A DNA stretch of 64,000 nt from Octopus vulgaris (GCA_951406725.2 OX597826.1:25482001-25546000); one strand, 5' to 3'. Numbered from the stretch's first letter, positions 23,500-38,585 are shown. The notes: generated from the sequence alone by a model not told the origin. A program made the numbers and translations.

Positions 23500-24280
23500 G
23501 TTTCAAATCATGGTAGCAACTTTTGTGGTAGTGGGTAGGGCAAGCCGACTGCATCGGCCTCAGTATTTGATTGGTACTTATTTTATCGACTCCTAAAGGA
23601 CGAAAGCCAAAGTTGATCTCAGCAGTATTTGAACTCAGATTGCAAAGAGCTGGAAGAAATGTGACTATGTATTTTGTCCAGCATGCTAAATATTCTTATT
23701 TCTTTATTGGCCACAAGGGGCTAAACATAGAGGGGACAAAGAAGGATAGAAAAAGGGATTAAGTCGATTACACCGACCCCAGTGCGTAATTTATTGACCC
23801 CGAAAGGATGAAAGTCAAAATTGACCTCGGTGGAATCTGAATTCAGAACGTAACGACAGACGAAATACCTATTTCTTTACTACCCACAAGGGGCTAAACA
23901 CAGAGAGGACAAACAAGGACAGACAAACGGATTAAGTCGATTATATCGACCCCAGTGCGTAACAGGTACTTATTTAATCGACTCCAAAAGGATGAAAGGC
24001 AAAGTCGACCTCGGCGGAATTTGAACTCAGAACGTAGCGGCAGACGAAATACCTATTTCTTTATTACCCACAAGGGGCTAAACATAGAGGGGACAAACAA
24101 GGACAGACATAGGTATTAAGTCGTGTACATCGATCCCAGTGCGTAACTGGTACTTAATTTATCGACCCCGAAAGGATGAAAGGCAAAGTTACCTCGGCGG
24201 AATTTGAACTCAGAATGTAGCGGCAGACGAAATGCCGCTAAACATTTCGTCCGGCGTGCTAACGTTTTGGCCAGCTCACT
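23500..24280 (-). mobile_element. SINE family B: Tx1-tailed trimer (23696-24280) joined to the head of an older tail-i copy
   Basis: Internal junctions at 23869 and 24053 (184 bp apart); final junction at ~23696. Confidence 0.92.
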
Positions 24281-24292
24281 ACTTTAACAAGA

Positions 24293-24570
24293 ATCCTTTC
24301 TACTAGGGGTAGAAGGCCTGAAATTTTGAAGGCGGGGGATAATCGATTATATCGAACCCAGTGCTCAATTGGTACTCATTTCATCGACCCCGAAAGAATG
24401 AAAAATCACAGTCGATCTCGGTGGCACTTGAACTCAGAACTTAAAGACGTACGAAATGTTGCTGAACATTTTGTCCGACATGCTAAAGATTCTGCCAGCT
24501 CACCGCATTATACAACAGAAACAATAATTATTTCTACTCTAGACACAAGGCCTGAAATTTTGTGGGGAGG
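24293..24570 (-). mobile_element. SINE family B with tail ii, plus an isolated tail-ii fragment
   Basis: Tail aatttcaggcctt...tagtagaaagga; head at ~24506; tail-only piece 24530-24570. Confidence 0.8.
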
Positions 24571-25185
24571 GACAAGAAAATAATTATAAAAATGAAAAAA
24601 AGATCGGGTCAAAAATTCAAGCGGAATTTCCGTTCTTTGCGATTTGTAGCTTCCGTTGAAAATTTTTGCCAACGAAGCTGAAATCCTCTCAACAGTAAAC
24701 AGCCTTAACCGCACCAATGTTAGAGATACGATCTAGTGAATATACGTATACAGACCGCAACATATTTCCTTTTTATTACATAGCTTCCATCACTGTATTA
24801 ATTTTTCTTTTGTTCACTGTTTGAAAACATATTTTAGAACAAGACGAGAGTGGAGCAACCTTTTCATTGTCTTTTAAATCTTTTTTGCCTCTTTACTTTC
24901 TTTTCAGGCATTGTACACCCCTTATATGAGTTTAGTTTATTGTTTTTGCTTTTGTTAAAGTTTATTCCTTATTCTAGCGTTCTCTTTTGCCGAACCACTA
25001 ACTAATGGGGATGTAAACAAACCAACAGCGGTTGTCAAGACATGGTAAGGATAGAAGAAGTCGAAGTCTGCTTTCGATTTTTTTCTATTCTACAGGATTT
25101 TTAAACCCATTTATTGCTATTATTTAAATGTATCATTTGTAGCTCTATGTGTGTGCTTCGAGGTATTTCAAAAAAACAACACACT

Positions 25186-25218
<33 letters not shown>

Positions 25219-25219
25219 C

Positions 25220-25438
25220 GTGGCACTCCGTCGGTTACGACGACAAGGGTTCCAGTTGATCCGATCAACGGAACAGCCTGCTCGTGAAATTAACGTGCAA
25301 GTGGCTGAGCACGCCACAGACACGTGTAACCTTAACGTAGTTCTCCTGGATATTCAGCGTAACAAGGCTAGCCCTTTGAAATACGGGTACAACAGAAACA
25401 GGAAGAAAGAGTGAAAGTTGTGGTGAAAGAGTACAGCA
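25220..25438 (-). mobile_element. SINE family C, 3' portion
   Basis: gtggcactccgtcggttacgacgac...gatcaacggaacagcctgctcgtgaaattaacgtg also at 41764 and 56908. Confidence 0.8.
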
Positions 25439-25584
25439 TTAACCAAATTTCATAATCTATAGGAATAATTATAAATAACCCTGACCTCTTCATCAAAGCG
25501 AAAAACTGAATTGCAGCAAATCTTTTATTTTTTAAAGAAAAATAGTTATCAGTCACAAATTAGTTAAAATTCTTTTTTCTATAT

Positions 25585-26180
25585 AGGCAGGGGTGTGGCT
25601 GTGTGGTTGAGGCGCTTGTTTCCAACCACAATGTTCTGAGTTCAGTCCCACTCTGTGGTACCATGGGCAAGAGTCTTCTACTTTAGCCTCAAGCCGACCA
25701 AAGCCTTATGAGTGGATTTGATAGAAGTCCATCCGGTCATTTCAATATGTGACCGCTTGTGTATCGTTGGCGATTTTCTTTCTCTGTCTTCCCTTCTTTG
25801 GTCTTTTTCTATATTTCTGATGAAGAGCTCCGCTCGAAACGTGAAACCATCTTTCTTTCTTTCCTTTCCTGAGCGTCCAATAACACAATACTCGTTCCAC
25901 GTCCTCGCGTTGTTTTTTCCTGCTTGTTCTTGTTTGGATTGATTGTATATGTGTGTGTGTTTGCGTGTGTATCTATGCTTGTCCTCCAAAACCGCTTGAC
26001 AACCGGTGTTGGTACGATTATGTTCCCGTAAATTAGCGGTTCGGCAAAAGAGTTCGATACAATAAGTTTCAAGCTTTAAAGAAAAATAAGTATTGGGGTC
26101 GATTCATTCCACTAAAAATTCTTCAAGGCAGTGCACCAGCATGGCCGCAGTCTAATGACTGAGACAAGTAAAAGCTAGAA
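25585..26180 (+). mobile_element. SINE family A interrupted by a hammerhead-bearing element
   Basis: Head to gagtggatttgataga (~25725), resumes after 25945. Confidence 0.85.
25730..25945 (+). mobile_element. Short Penelope-like non-autonomous element with a minimal hammerhead-like motif
   Basis: CTGATGA(25817) a gagc tcc gctc GAAA cgtga; homologous copies at 44363-44560, 28870-28970, 49220-49315. Confidence 0.7.
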
Positions 26181-26379
26181 GATATACGAATATATTTTGT
26201 GATAAGAAATTCAATTACCTAAGCATCTGCAAACGATGACATTCCGATCCCATCCATATCCTGTAATCGTTGTTTTGACCACGTTTTATCCTACTCCTTA
26301 AAAATAAAAAAAAAAGCAAATAAAAATTAAAAAAACCCAATTAAAATATAAATAAATAAAAAGCTAGAAAGTCAAGTTC

Positions 26380-28570
26380 TTCCACTGCTATATATTTTAG
26401 GTATTTCCCATTTTTTTTCACATTCCTTCCTTTCACTGCTTCGTAGATCCCGTTGACACTTAATTTCAGTGAGATCATCGGTAGTTAAGTCTTTTGATTG
26501 TGAAGCCATTAACGCGATCATATTTTCCTGAATCAACATCTTTAAGACAAGCAAAGCTGTGTGGTTGAGAAATTTGCTTTGCAAACCATATGGTTTCAGG
26601 TTCAGTCCTGCTGCGCTGCATCTTGGGCAAGTGTCTTCACTATGGCCTCGGGGCAGACCAATGCCTTGTGGTTGACGGAGATACAACACTTAAAAGTGAA
26701 AACAAATTATAGTAATAAGTCAAGGAGTCGATTTGTTCGACTAAACCTTCGAAAGCGATACCTGAAAAGCAAGTAAAAGGTAAAAAAAAAAAGTGCCCAT
26801 GACGCCTCTAATGGCACCAAAGTATTGATCGAATTCTTTTAATTTTTTTGATGCCATAAAAGTCATTGAAGTATTTCAGGTTAATGTTTTTCCAGACTGT
26901 TCTCAGATACTATCTCTCACTTCTTCCTAAGACTTAAGGAGGTGTGTAACTGGTTATTTGATGTTAATTATTTGCCAAAAATTTCTGAAAGTGACATCCA
27001 GTTATAACTTTAATTACCTATCTGACAAATCCATCCAATATTCCAATATGATAACCTTCGAATGTAGCTGTAGTTCCTTAATCTGTACTAAGGATATCCT
27101 TTTCTACTCTAGGCACAAGGCCCGATTGCTTGTAGTTTCCATTTAAGATCCATTGGTTAATCGTCTTGATAAATAAGCATCAGTTTTAAATTGGAGTCTT
27201 TCTCAGCTGTTCTTCTTAGTAGCGGAATAAACAGTCTTTTGATGCTTTTAACCAGGTGACAATGCTTCACTTTTACCAAAATACTTCTTGATGGCATTTT
27301 CTTCTAGACAATTCCAGTTTCAATCAAGAACAAATTATCATTGGAATTATTTTATTCCAATTATTTTCTTTAACACAGCAGAATATTTAATTGCAGTAAC
27401 TTTATCTGAATTCGCAATTTTTGTTATTTTCACGGTTTTCATTCCTTTTTGAAATATAGTCTAAGCAACATTTGTAGGTATAATACAGAGTATCTCATAG
27501 TGATGGGGGTACATTTTAAACGCAAGTAACTAGGACTGAAGCATAATTTTTAAATTAATAATATAATTCATAACTAAGGTACATTACGTGACTCCCTGTA
27601 TATTTTTACTCGTTTCAGGTTTTAGACTGCGGCCATGCTGGAGCACCACCTTAAAGGGTTTAGTCGAATAAATCGACATCAGTACTTAGTACTTCTTTTT
27701 TTTTACTCTGTAGTACTTATTTTATCGCTCTCTTTTGTCAAAAACAACTTATTTACGAGAATGTAAACACCGGTTGTCAAGCGATGGAAGAGTGACACAG
27801 ACAAACACGAACACACACACATATGTACATGACAGGCTTCCACACAGTTTTCGTCAACTAAATTCACTCACTAGACATTGGTCGGACCAAGGCTAAAGAA
27901 TAAGACACTTGCCCAAGGTTCCACGCAGCGTGACTGAACCCGCTATCACGGGATTGCAAAGCGAGCTTCTTCACCACACATCAGATGCAGTTCTGTTCAT
28001 AATATTATTGGCCTGAATTGGTATTCGTTGCTAATTACAATCTTGAAACCGTTTTATTAATAATTCTCTTTTCCTTAATCTCAAACATTATTTGGACCTT
28101 AATTCCCACCGCATTGCAAATTTAATGATATTGTTCTTTTCTTACATTGGTTCCCGTACACACTTGTATTGCCCCATACAGTTTACATCGTAGACTCAAT
28201 AAAATCTCTCTTCTGATCTTAGCTTTGTTTTCACCATAATCAAACTTTTTAATAATTTCGAGTTTAACGTCTAGAGTAATAATCTTTCTTTTCATTTTAT
28301 TACTTTCAACAGTTCTTCATGTCAACATGGTTAGGCGGGGGTAATATCTAAACTTCAAAAGAATGTGATAAATTTGTAAGTAAACGGTCCATTCTCACTT
28401 GTGGCCTGCCAGAAACTAAGATGTAGTAACGAAGGTAGGGAAACGATGTCGCCTCAGCTGGTCATTTGCAGCTGTTTACACTCAAAGTATAATAATAAAA
28501 ACACAGCGTACATAAACACCACGGAAAGGTGTAAAATTATCGTCTAAAACTTTTTAATGTGAATTTATTT
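26380..28570 (-). mobile_element. Fragmented Tigger/pogo DNA transposon remnant with nested SINEs
   Basis: N-terminal KRKIITLDVKLEI (~28255-28295) and C-terminal ALMASQSKDLTTDDLTEI (~26460-26520). Confidence 0.6.
27603..27980 (-). mobile_element. SINE family A, diverged
   Basis: gactgcggccatgctggagcaccacc tail; gacacttgcccaaggttccacgcag. Confidence 0.85.
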
Positions 28571-29061
28571 TCTAAAACTCTTTAATTTTTTTTTATTAGG
28601 TTAAAATTTCAGCTTGTAGTAACTCTTAGCGATTGTTTTGTATTTCTTAGCTATATTATCGAGCATTAGATAGTTCATGTTTGGAGTAACTATATATACC
28701 GCACGCTCACACGGACCCCGGCCTTCTGACTGACTTGGATAACCAATTCCTGGATTTTTACACCTACGGATTACTGTTACCATTCATCCGGAATACGCCA
28801 CTGTGATCGTGATTGGAAATCCTCAAAAAATTTGTCCGTGACTCTTCCACTTTTTCTCGTCCTCTAAATCCCCCTTCTTTCTTTCCTTTCCTGAGCGTCC
28901 AATAACACTATACTTGTTCTACGTCCTCACGTTGTTGTGTTTTCTCTTTGTTCATGTTTCGAGTAACTATATTCATCGCTGGTTAAGGCTATGAAAGTAA
29001 CCAAGGTGTAACGCTGGCGTCGGTGAAATGGATGTTGATGTAATCATGCAAGAACATAAAC

Positions 29062-29661
29062 CTATTTCTTTACTACCCACAAGGGGCTAAATACAGAAGA
29101 GACAAACAAGGACAGACAGACGGATTAAGTCGATTATATCGACCCCAGTGCGTAACTGGTACTTAATTTATTGACCCGGAAAGGATGAAAGGCAAAGTCG
29201 ACTTCAGCGGAATTTGAACTCAGAACGTAACGACAGATGAAATATCTATTTCTTTACTACCCACAAGGGACTAAATACAGAGGAGACAAACAAGGACAGA
29301 CAGACGGATTAAGTCGATTATATCGACCCCAGTGCGTAACTGGTACTTAATTTATCGACCCCGAAAGGATGAAAGGCAAAGTCGACTTCAGCGGAATTTG
29401 AACTCAGAACGTAACGACAGATGAAATATCTATTTCTTTACTACCCACAAGGGGCTAAACACAGAGTAGACAAACAAGGACAGACAAAGGGATTAAGTCG
29501 ATTATATCGACCCCAGTGCGTAACTGGTAATTAATTTATCGACCCCGAAAGGATGAAAGGCAAAGTCGACCTCAGCGGAATTTGAACTCACAACGTAACA
29601 ACAGACGAAATCCCGCGAAGCATTTCGCTCGGCGTGCTAACGTTTCTACCAGCTCGCCGCC
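29062..29661 (-). mobile_element. SINE family B trimer with one complete head, 184-bp period
   Basis: Junctions at 29246 and 29430; head ggcggcgagctggtagaaacgttagcacg. Confidence 0.95.
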
Positions 29662-30823
29662 TACCATACTCTTTGATAATGTCAAGAAAAATCAAGAAAT
29701 CCCAATTCACGGATCTATTCGTAATTTCGATGAACTCATACGACAGCATTGATATATGCGATGAAATTACTTTGAATACTTACTAATTCTAACATCGGGT
29801 TCAACCGAAACGAGGGATTAGCCGTATCACACAACAACAGACAAAACTTTAGACAAAAAAACCCCCTCATAGTCACTACAAACAAACAAGGACTGAAGTT
29901 AATGTATGTGCGAACTTACATACGTACTTGCCTTCACGTGCATAAATATAACCCATCCCACTTGAAAATAGCATCACCACCGCTCTAGCTTGGCCTCTTA
30001 TGTACTCGCGTGCTTTCATCCCAGGAAGCCACGTATACACTTGATATTTATTACTTTCTCTTATTTACTGCCAAAGACACGCATTCCCTCTTTTCACACA
30101 CTTGATAGTGTTTTTCTTTCAAACTGGTAACTTCTTGGGGTACATACGCACGCACACTCGCGCGCGCGCACACACAGACACAGACACGTGCACACATGCG
30201 CGCGCGAATACACATACGCACGCACACATACACACACATACATATATGTATGTGTAGTTTCACGTGATTGCTGGTCATGCCACTCCGGTTTGTCACGAAG
30301 TAGTAATCAGGAAAACTCGGAAAATGGTACTTGTGTTTTACAAGCCTTTATCACTTATAATCCAACGAACTACATATGTTATTGCAACCTCGTTTGTCAC
30401 CCTGTCTCCTGAAAGTCCTAAGGTGATGGAAGAGGGACGACGACGTAAGCGGACCTAACCAATTAGAAGCGCATTGTAAATGACAACATTCGTCTGTCAC
30501 CTATGCTTCGAACGACACAAATTTGCAAAGGGACTAAATTGTCATCTGAAAGGTCATGGACAGAGAGTCGAAAATGGCATCGGCAACGTAGAAGCAAGAA
30601 AAGACGGCAATCATCTGTGAAGATGGAACAATCACCATATGTGTATGAATGTACAGATGTATATATCTACGCGCGCGCGTACACACAAAAACACACACAC
30701 ACACATACATATACTTGTATTTATTTATATGCATGTATATATATAAATATATGTATAGATATATATGTATATATATGTATGTATATATATATATGTATAG
30801 ATATATATGTATATATATGTATG

Positions 30824-30854
<31 letters not shown>

Positions 30855-30917
30855 GTATAGATATATATGTATGTGTATATATATGTGTATATATATATAT
30901 CTATATCTATCTATCTT

Positions 30918-30949
<32 letters not shown>

Positions 30950-31299
30950 GTATATATATATATAGTATATATATATATATATATATATACACTCTCATTT
31001 ATATACATACATATATATGTACGTAGACGTAGTCATATATATGTATATATATCTTTAATCATTTCTAGGTCGTTTGAACAATCAAGGCCCGGCACATACC
31101 GGAAAGACCGCTACAGCACGATATCAGCGTAAAGTACAAACTCAAATCTTCCCATAGATCCCTCTCCCCACCATCCTCTTCATTTCACGGTTACACCCTC
31201 AATCTAACAAGGAAACATCCAGTTTCCATTTTTAACAAATTATTGAAAAATAAAACCATCGTTTCTTAAAATAACTTTTTACAAAAGGAACTGAAAAGG

Positions 31300-31735
31300 G
31301 AACTGGAGTTCTATACCCTAGAGAAAAGGCGTGGAAGATATGCAGTGATATACATGTGGAAGATTCTGAAAGCTATAGGAACCACCGAACTGGGTGGTAT
31401 CGCATAGTACCAGAGATCCCGTTTTCTCTATCTAGAATAAGTACCCAATACTGTAATAGCTTGGGTTTGAAGGATCGAAGCGTATTCAACATTCTGCCTA
31501 GCAATCTCAGAGATTTGCGAGATGTAGATGTGGAGTCCTTGAAAATGTGTCTGGACGAATTTTTATCTGAGATGCTAGATGAATCCGTATCGCGCAGGAA
31601 ACACAAAGAAGAGCAGCTTCGTCCAACTCGCTATTTCACCATAAACTGCTCAGAAAAAGGAGCCCAATCCCACGGAAAGGCGGTGCTCAAGGATGACCTC
31701 AGGCTCTGGCTGAAATAAGTACATAATTAAAGATA
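31300..31735 (+). mobile_element. 3' remnant of a CR1/L2-group LINE related to 15250-15600
   Basis: YCNSLG...FNILPSNLRDLRDVDVESLKMCLDEFLSEMLDES; 3' ggcggtgctcaaggatgacctcaggctctggctgaaa. Confidence 0.75.
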
Positions 31736-32100
31736 TAAGCTTAGCAATAAAATTTCTATCGTGACCATCACTAAAATATATAAAAAAAACGAGGGCTTGG
31801 AAATCCACGTGACAGTATTTATTGTAACAATTCTTTATTGTTCGTTCCTCATTTCTTCAAAAAGCAGTCTTTCGTTTATTCATATATATCCAGAGTACAT
31901 CAAGAAGTTTAATTTTATTTATTTATTTATTTATTTAAAGACAAAATTTTTTATAACAAATATTAATTTCTTCAAAACCATCTGGCTGCCAGAAGTGTGG
32001 AATATTTTAATGTTGAATGTGTTCTTTTTATTACTTTCATTGGTAACTTAAGTGCCGTGTTTGTGTTTGTGCTGATCATCGCGATTCTATGCGCATGTCT

Positions 32101-32169
<69 letters not shown>

Positions 32170-32359
32170 ATACATACACGCACTGAAACATAGTGACAAA
32201 GACATACACACACATGCATAGACATTTATAAATGTGTATTATTATGCATATAAATGTCAATGTATATATATACACATATATATGTGTGCGTGTGTATGAT
32301 TGTGTATATGTGTAGACATGTATATACATACACATATATATATATATATACATATATAT

Positions 32360-32432
<73 letters not shown>

Positions 32433-32433
<1 letters not shown>

Positions 32434-33508
32434 GTTTATATATTTGTTGTACAAGATTTTTTATGTGAAGTCGTGTGTTGAAACAGATATTGTTATAATT
32501 CGGAATGGTCATTTTGCCAGTTTAGCCAATAAAAACACACGCACTATATATTTGGTGTTACTTTGCTTCAGTGTTATTTATTTTTTATATTAATCTTAAT
32601 CTTATTTCGGCCAGAGTTCTTTCGTCACACTCCTGTGACCGCATCAGTGGTCCTTTGTTTTCTTCTTTCTTATTTGTGTCTCTCCTTACTAACCGTCAGC
32701 CATTTTGTATTTCTATTGTATGTCTTCATTTGCGCATGCTTATATCTCTATGTGCGTCTATTTAGTGTGTGTGGGGGGATGCCTGTAATATTTGTATCTT
32801 CTGTAATTTGTTTTTGTTGTTGTTGTTTTTGTTTATTCTTATTTTGTTCATGTATTTACATCCACTTATTATTATCATTACATATGTTTGTATGTATGTA
32901 TGTATAACAACAATACTAGTAATAATGATAATAAATCGAAAAAAAAAGTTATTTATTTCTATTTGTTTATTTATCTGTGTATTTATTATGTTTTCGGGAT
33001 CCTCTACCGTCATATGTTGTGGTGTGTGCTAGTGTTCCATTCTAGTTTTCTATTCAGGCTAGGTTTATTTTCTATTATGTGTGTAGCTTCTGTAATTTGT
33101 CTGATTACATGAACGTATATAAACAGAAGATACAAATATTACAGGTATCCCCCCCCCGTACACTAAATAGACGCACATAGAGATATAAGCATGCGAAAAT
33201 GAAGACATACAATAGAAATACAAAATGGCTGACGGTTAGTAAGGAGAGACACAAATAAGAAAGAAGAAAACAAAGGACCACTGATGCGGTCACAGGAGTG
33301 TGACGAAAGAACTCTGGCCGAAATAAGATTAAGATTAATGTAAAAATAAATAACATGGCTGTGTGGTAAGTAGCTTGCTAACCAACCACATGGTTCCGGG
33401 TTCAGTCCCACTGCGTGGCATCTTGGGTAAGTGTCTTCTGCTATAGCCCCGGGCCGACCAATGCCTTGTGAGTGGATTTGGTAGACGGAAACTAAAAGAA
33501 GCCTGTCG

Positions 33509-33539
<31 letters not shown>

Positions 33540-33815
33540 TTGTGTGTCTGTGTTTGTCCCCTAGCATTGCTTGACAACCAATGCTGGTGTGTTTACGTCC
33601 CCGTCACTTAGCGGTTCGGCTAAAGAGACCGATGAATAAGTACTGGGCTTACAAAGAATAAGTCCTGGGGTCGATTTGCTCGACTAAAGGCGGTGCTCCA
33701 GTATGGCCGTAGTCAAATGACTGAAACAAGTAAAAGAGAGTAAAAGAGTAACACTGAAGCAAAGTAACACCAAATATATAGTGCGTGTGTTTTTATTGGC
33801 TAAACTGGCAAAATG
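32433..33815. mobile_element. Inverted-repeat element in (AT)n with a hammerhead-like motif in each arm
   Basis: Arms 32510-32804 and 33123-33815 (right arm split by a SINE); cca CTGATGC g gtcac aggagt gtgac GAAA gaac TC tgg at 33278-33317. Confidence 0.85.
33356..33748 (+). mobile_element. SINE family A inserted in the right arm, TSD taaca
   Basis: The empty site is preserved in the left arm; taaca at 33351-33355 and 33749-33753. Confidence 0.93.
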
Positions 33816-33834
33816 TATATATACACACACACAC

Positions 33835-35908
<2,074 letters not shown>

Positions 35909-36681
35909 ATATATATATATATATATATACACATACATATATATATACATATATATACATGCATCCTCTCTCTCTTCTATCTTTTCTCTTTTAAAAAAAA
36001 AAAATGTTTTTCCAAGCTTTCACTATTTTCGTTTCGTTCTGGTTTAACGACCCGCCATGTTTTGTTTTCGTTCGGTTTCTTTGTATGTCTCCTCTGTCAT
36101 GTTTTTGTTCCCAACTTTGACCCTCCATAAATCCCCAATTTTATTTTAGAATTCATGGTACCAACTATCTTTGAAAACTCATATTGTCGTTGAATGCTCG
36201 AAATGACGAGCTGATAGACAGCCAACAACTGATAAAGGGTCCTTTCTCTGTGTTTACTTGTCCTGTTTTCTATTTTTTCTCGTTGTTTCCGTATTTAACT
36301 TATTTGTTTACATATTTCATGTTATTTGCATCGCTGGTTGCGTCATGTACCCATATATGCATGTATATATAATAAATAACATATAATAAATTGTATACAA
36401 TATATAATATAATATAATATAATATAATATAATATAATATAATATATATCGCTAGCTACTAAACCGTTTTTATTTTCTCTGCCCCTTTATTTCTGTGTCT
36501 CTTTCTGTTGAAGAGCGTAGGCTCCAAACGTAAAAGACTGTCTTACTTCCCGAGCCTTAAACTAATACTTCTGTTTGTTGTTTACCCACCCGTCTTCGTC
36601 TTTTGCTTCTATCGTAAATTCTCAGTATATATATAATATTTCCACCTGCCTTCGTCTTTTGTTTATTTTCATAAAGCTTTC

Positions 36682-36787
<106 letters not shown>

Positions 36788-36965
36788 GTAAATAATATTA
36801 TGTATTATTTATATGTTAATTATTATATATCCATGCATGTATGGCTACAGGACGTCACCAGCGGTACAAATAACATGAAATACGTAAACATATATATTAT
36901 ATATTACTTATTACACATACACCCGCACATACACACATACACACACATACACACAAACAAACATA

Positions 36966-38244
36966 GAGGGTGTGATGGGTACATTGTCGTCATTTTATAT
37001 TCTTAATTTCACGCATGCACATTGTTTGCTTTTGATTTTGTTGATTACATAGTATAGTAGGGTCAGTTGGACACCGTTTGTGAGAAAAACAGCACCATGA
37101 TGCAATTCACTCTACCAGAAATTTGGTAACGACATGCTGTTCTGCTTGGCATTGGCACCGGAAGCACCAATGCGAACATTTCAGAGTGTTAGGGTGTCAA
37201 TCTGAGGACAGTGCAGAGAATTCGGAATGAGTTGGATGAATTTAATGGTGATTATGAATGTACAGTAGCTCGAAAAATTCACTCTGTTTGTTCTGATAAC
37301 AAAAGAACTGAATTTGTTGGTGAGATCCAGACTATGATTGACAACGTACCTCCAATTCAACCAGGTCCATTGCCAGGGACATGGGAGTTTCTGAGTTTCT
37401 TATCAAGCAGGTACTGCATGAAGACATTCGGTATACCTCATACAAGATGAGAAAGAGCCAATTTTTATCCCAAGCTATCAAGGACAAGAGGAAAGGCTGT
37501 GCTACGAAGCTTTTCAACAAACTCATGCATCCCCTCCAACCGAACATGTTCTGGTTTTTCTCAAGGATTAGATGGTGAATCCACAAATTAACCGTTGGCT
37601 TGCCCTGTCCCCAAAACATTATTGAGAGTGATAAAAATCAAACATCCAGTCAACATGTGGTGTTTGGAATGATCACTAGTGATGGCGATGTTATGCCTCC
37701 ATTCATCTTCCCATACTGCCTCAGACTCAACATGGAGGCTTACGTCAAGTGCATGGAGGAGATAGTGTTGCCCTGGGTCAAGAGGGTGGCTGCTGAAAGA
37801 CCCTATGTCTGACAACAGGACTCTGCACCATGTCACACAAGCAGGAGAACCCAGTCATGGCTGACAGACAATTTCTGCGACAACATCACTCCTATCATCA
37901 GACCACCTAACTCCCTAGACTGCAACTCCCTTGATTATTATGTGTGGGGCGCAGTCGAGCGAGAGACCAACAAAACTCCTTGTAACACCAAATATGAACT
38001 GAAGGCACAGATTATGGCAGTATTCACCAACGTAAACAAGGAGACCATCCAGAAGAGTTGCAGGAGACTCCGAAGTCATCTGGAGGCCGTGGTCAAAGCC
38101 AATGACGATTTTATTGGATAAATTTATTTTTTAGCATTTCGAGATATTTTCACGTAATTTTGGTAAATATATCTGTTAAAATGAGACATCAGTGTTATTT
38201 TCATTTTTGCGTAATTTAGACGACAATTTATTCGCCGCATTCTG
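36966..38244 (+). mobile_element. Tc1/mariner DD37D (maT-type) transposon, defective
   Basis: TA flanks; TIRs ending attgtcgtc; QQDSAPCHT...PPNSLDCNSLDYYVWG has 37 residues between the last two Asp; stops and frameshifts. Confidence 0.9.
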
Positions 38245-38332
38245 TATATATGTATATACATACAGAATGCGGCGAATAAATTGTCGTCTAAATTATATGC
38301 GTGTATAGGTAGAAGTGTATATATGTATATGG

Positions 38333-38384
<52 letters not shown>

Positions 38385-38585
38385 CATTAATTAATAAATT
38401 TTAGGGTAGCAAAAAATTCTAGAAAAATTATCCGCTACCAGCGGTCAAGTGAGAAAGAAAAAATAGTCAATAGACTATGTAATATACATTCAAACATTTC
38501 AGAATTACAACTATTAGTGGTTTGGAGTTTGGCTGCTCTTTCTAGTGAGTCGGATGTCCTATTATGGCCATCCCTTATATGTTTG

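Noticed and set aside
27484-27600. Possible tiny mariner-type MITE (tacagag...ccctgta)
   Set aside because: TIR match too short and degenerate
21001-29661. 184-bp arrays as CRISPR arrays or tRNA gene clusters
   Set aside because: No unique spacers or cas genes; units are SINE bodies and do not form a full cloverleaf
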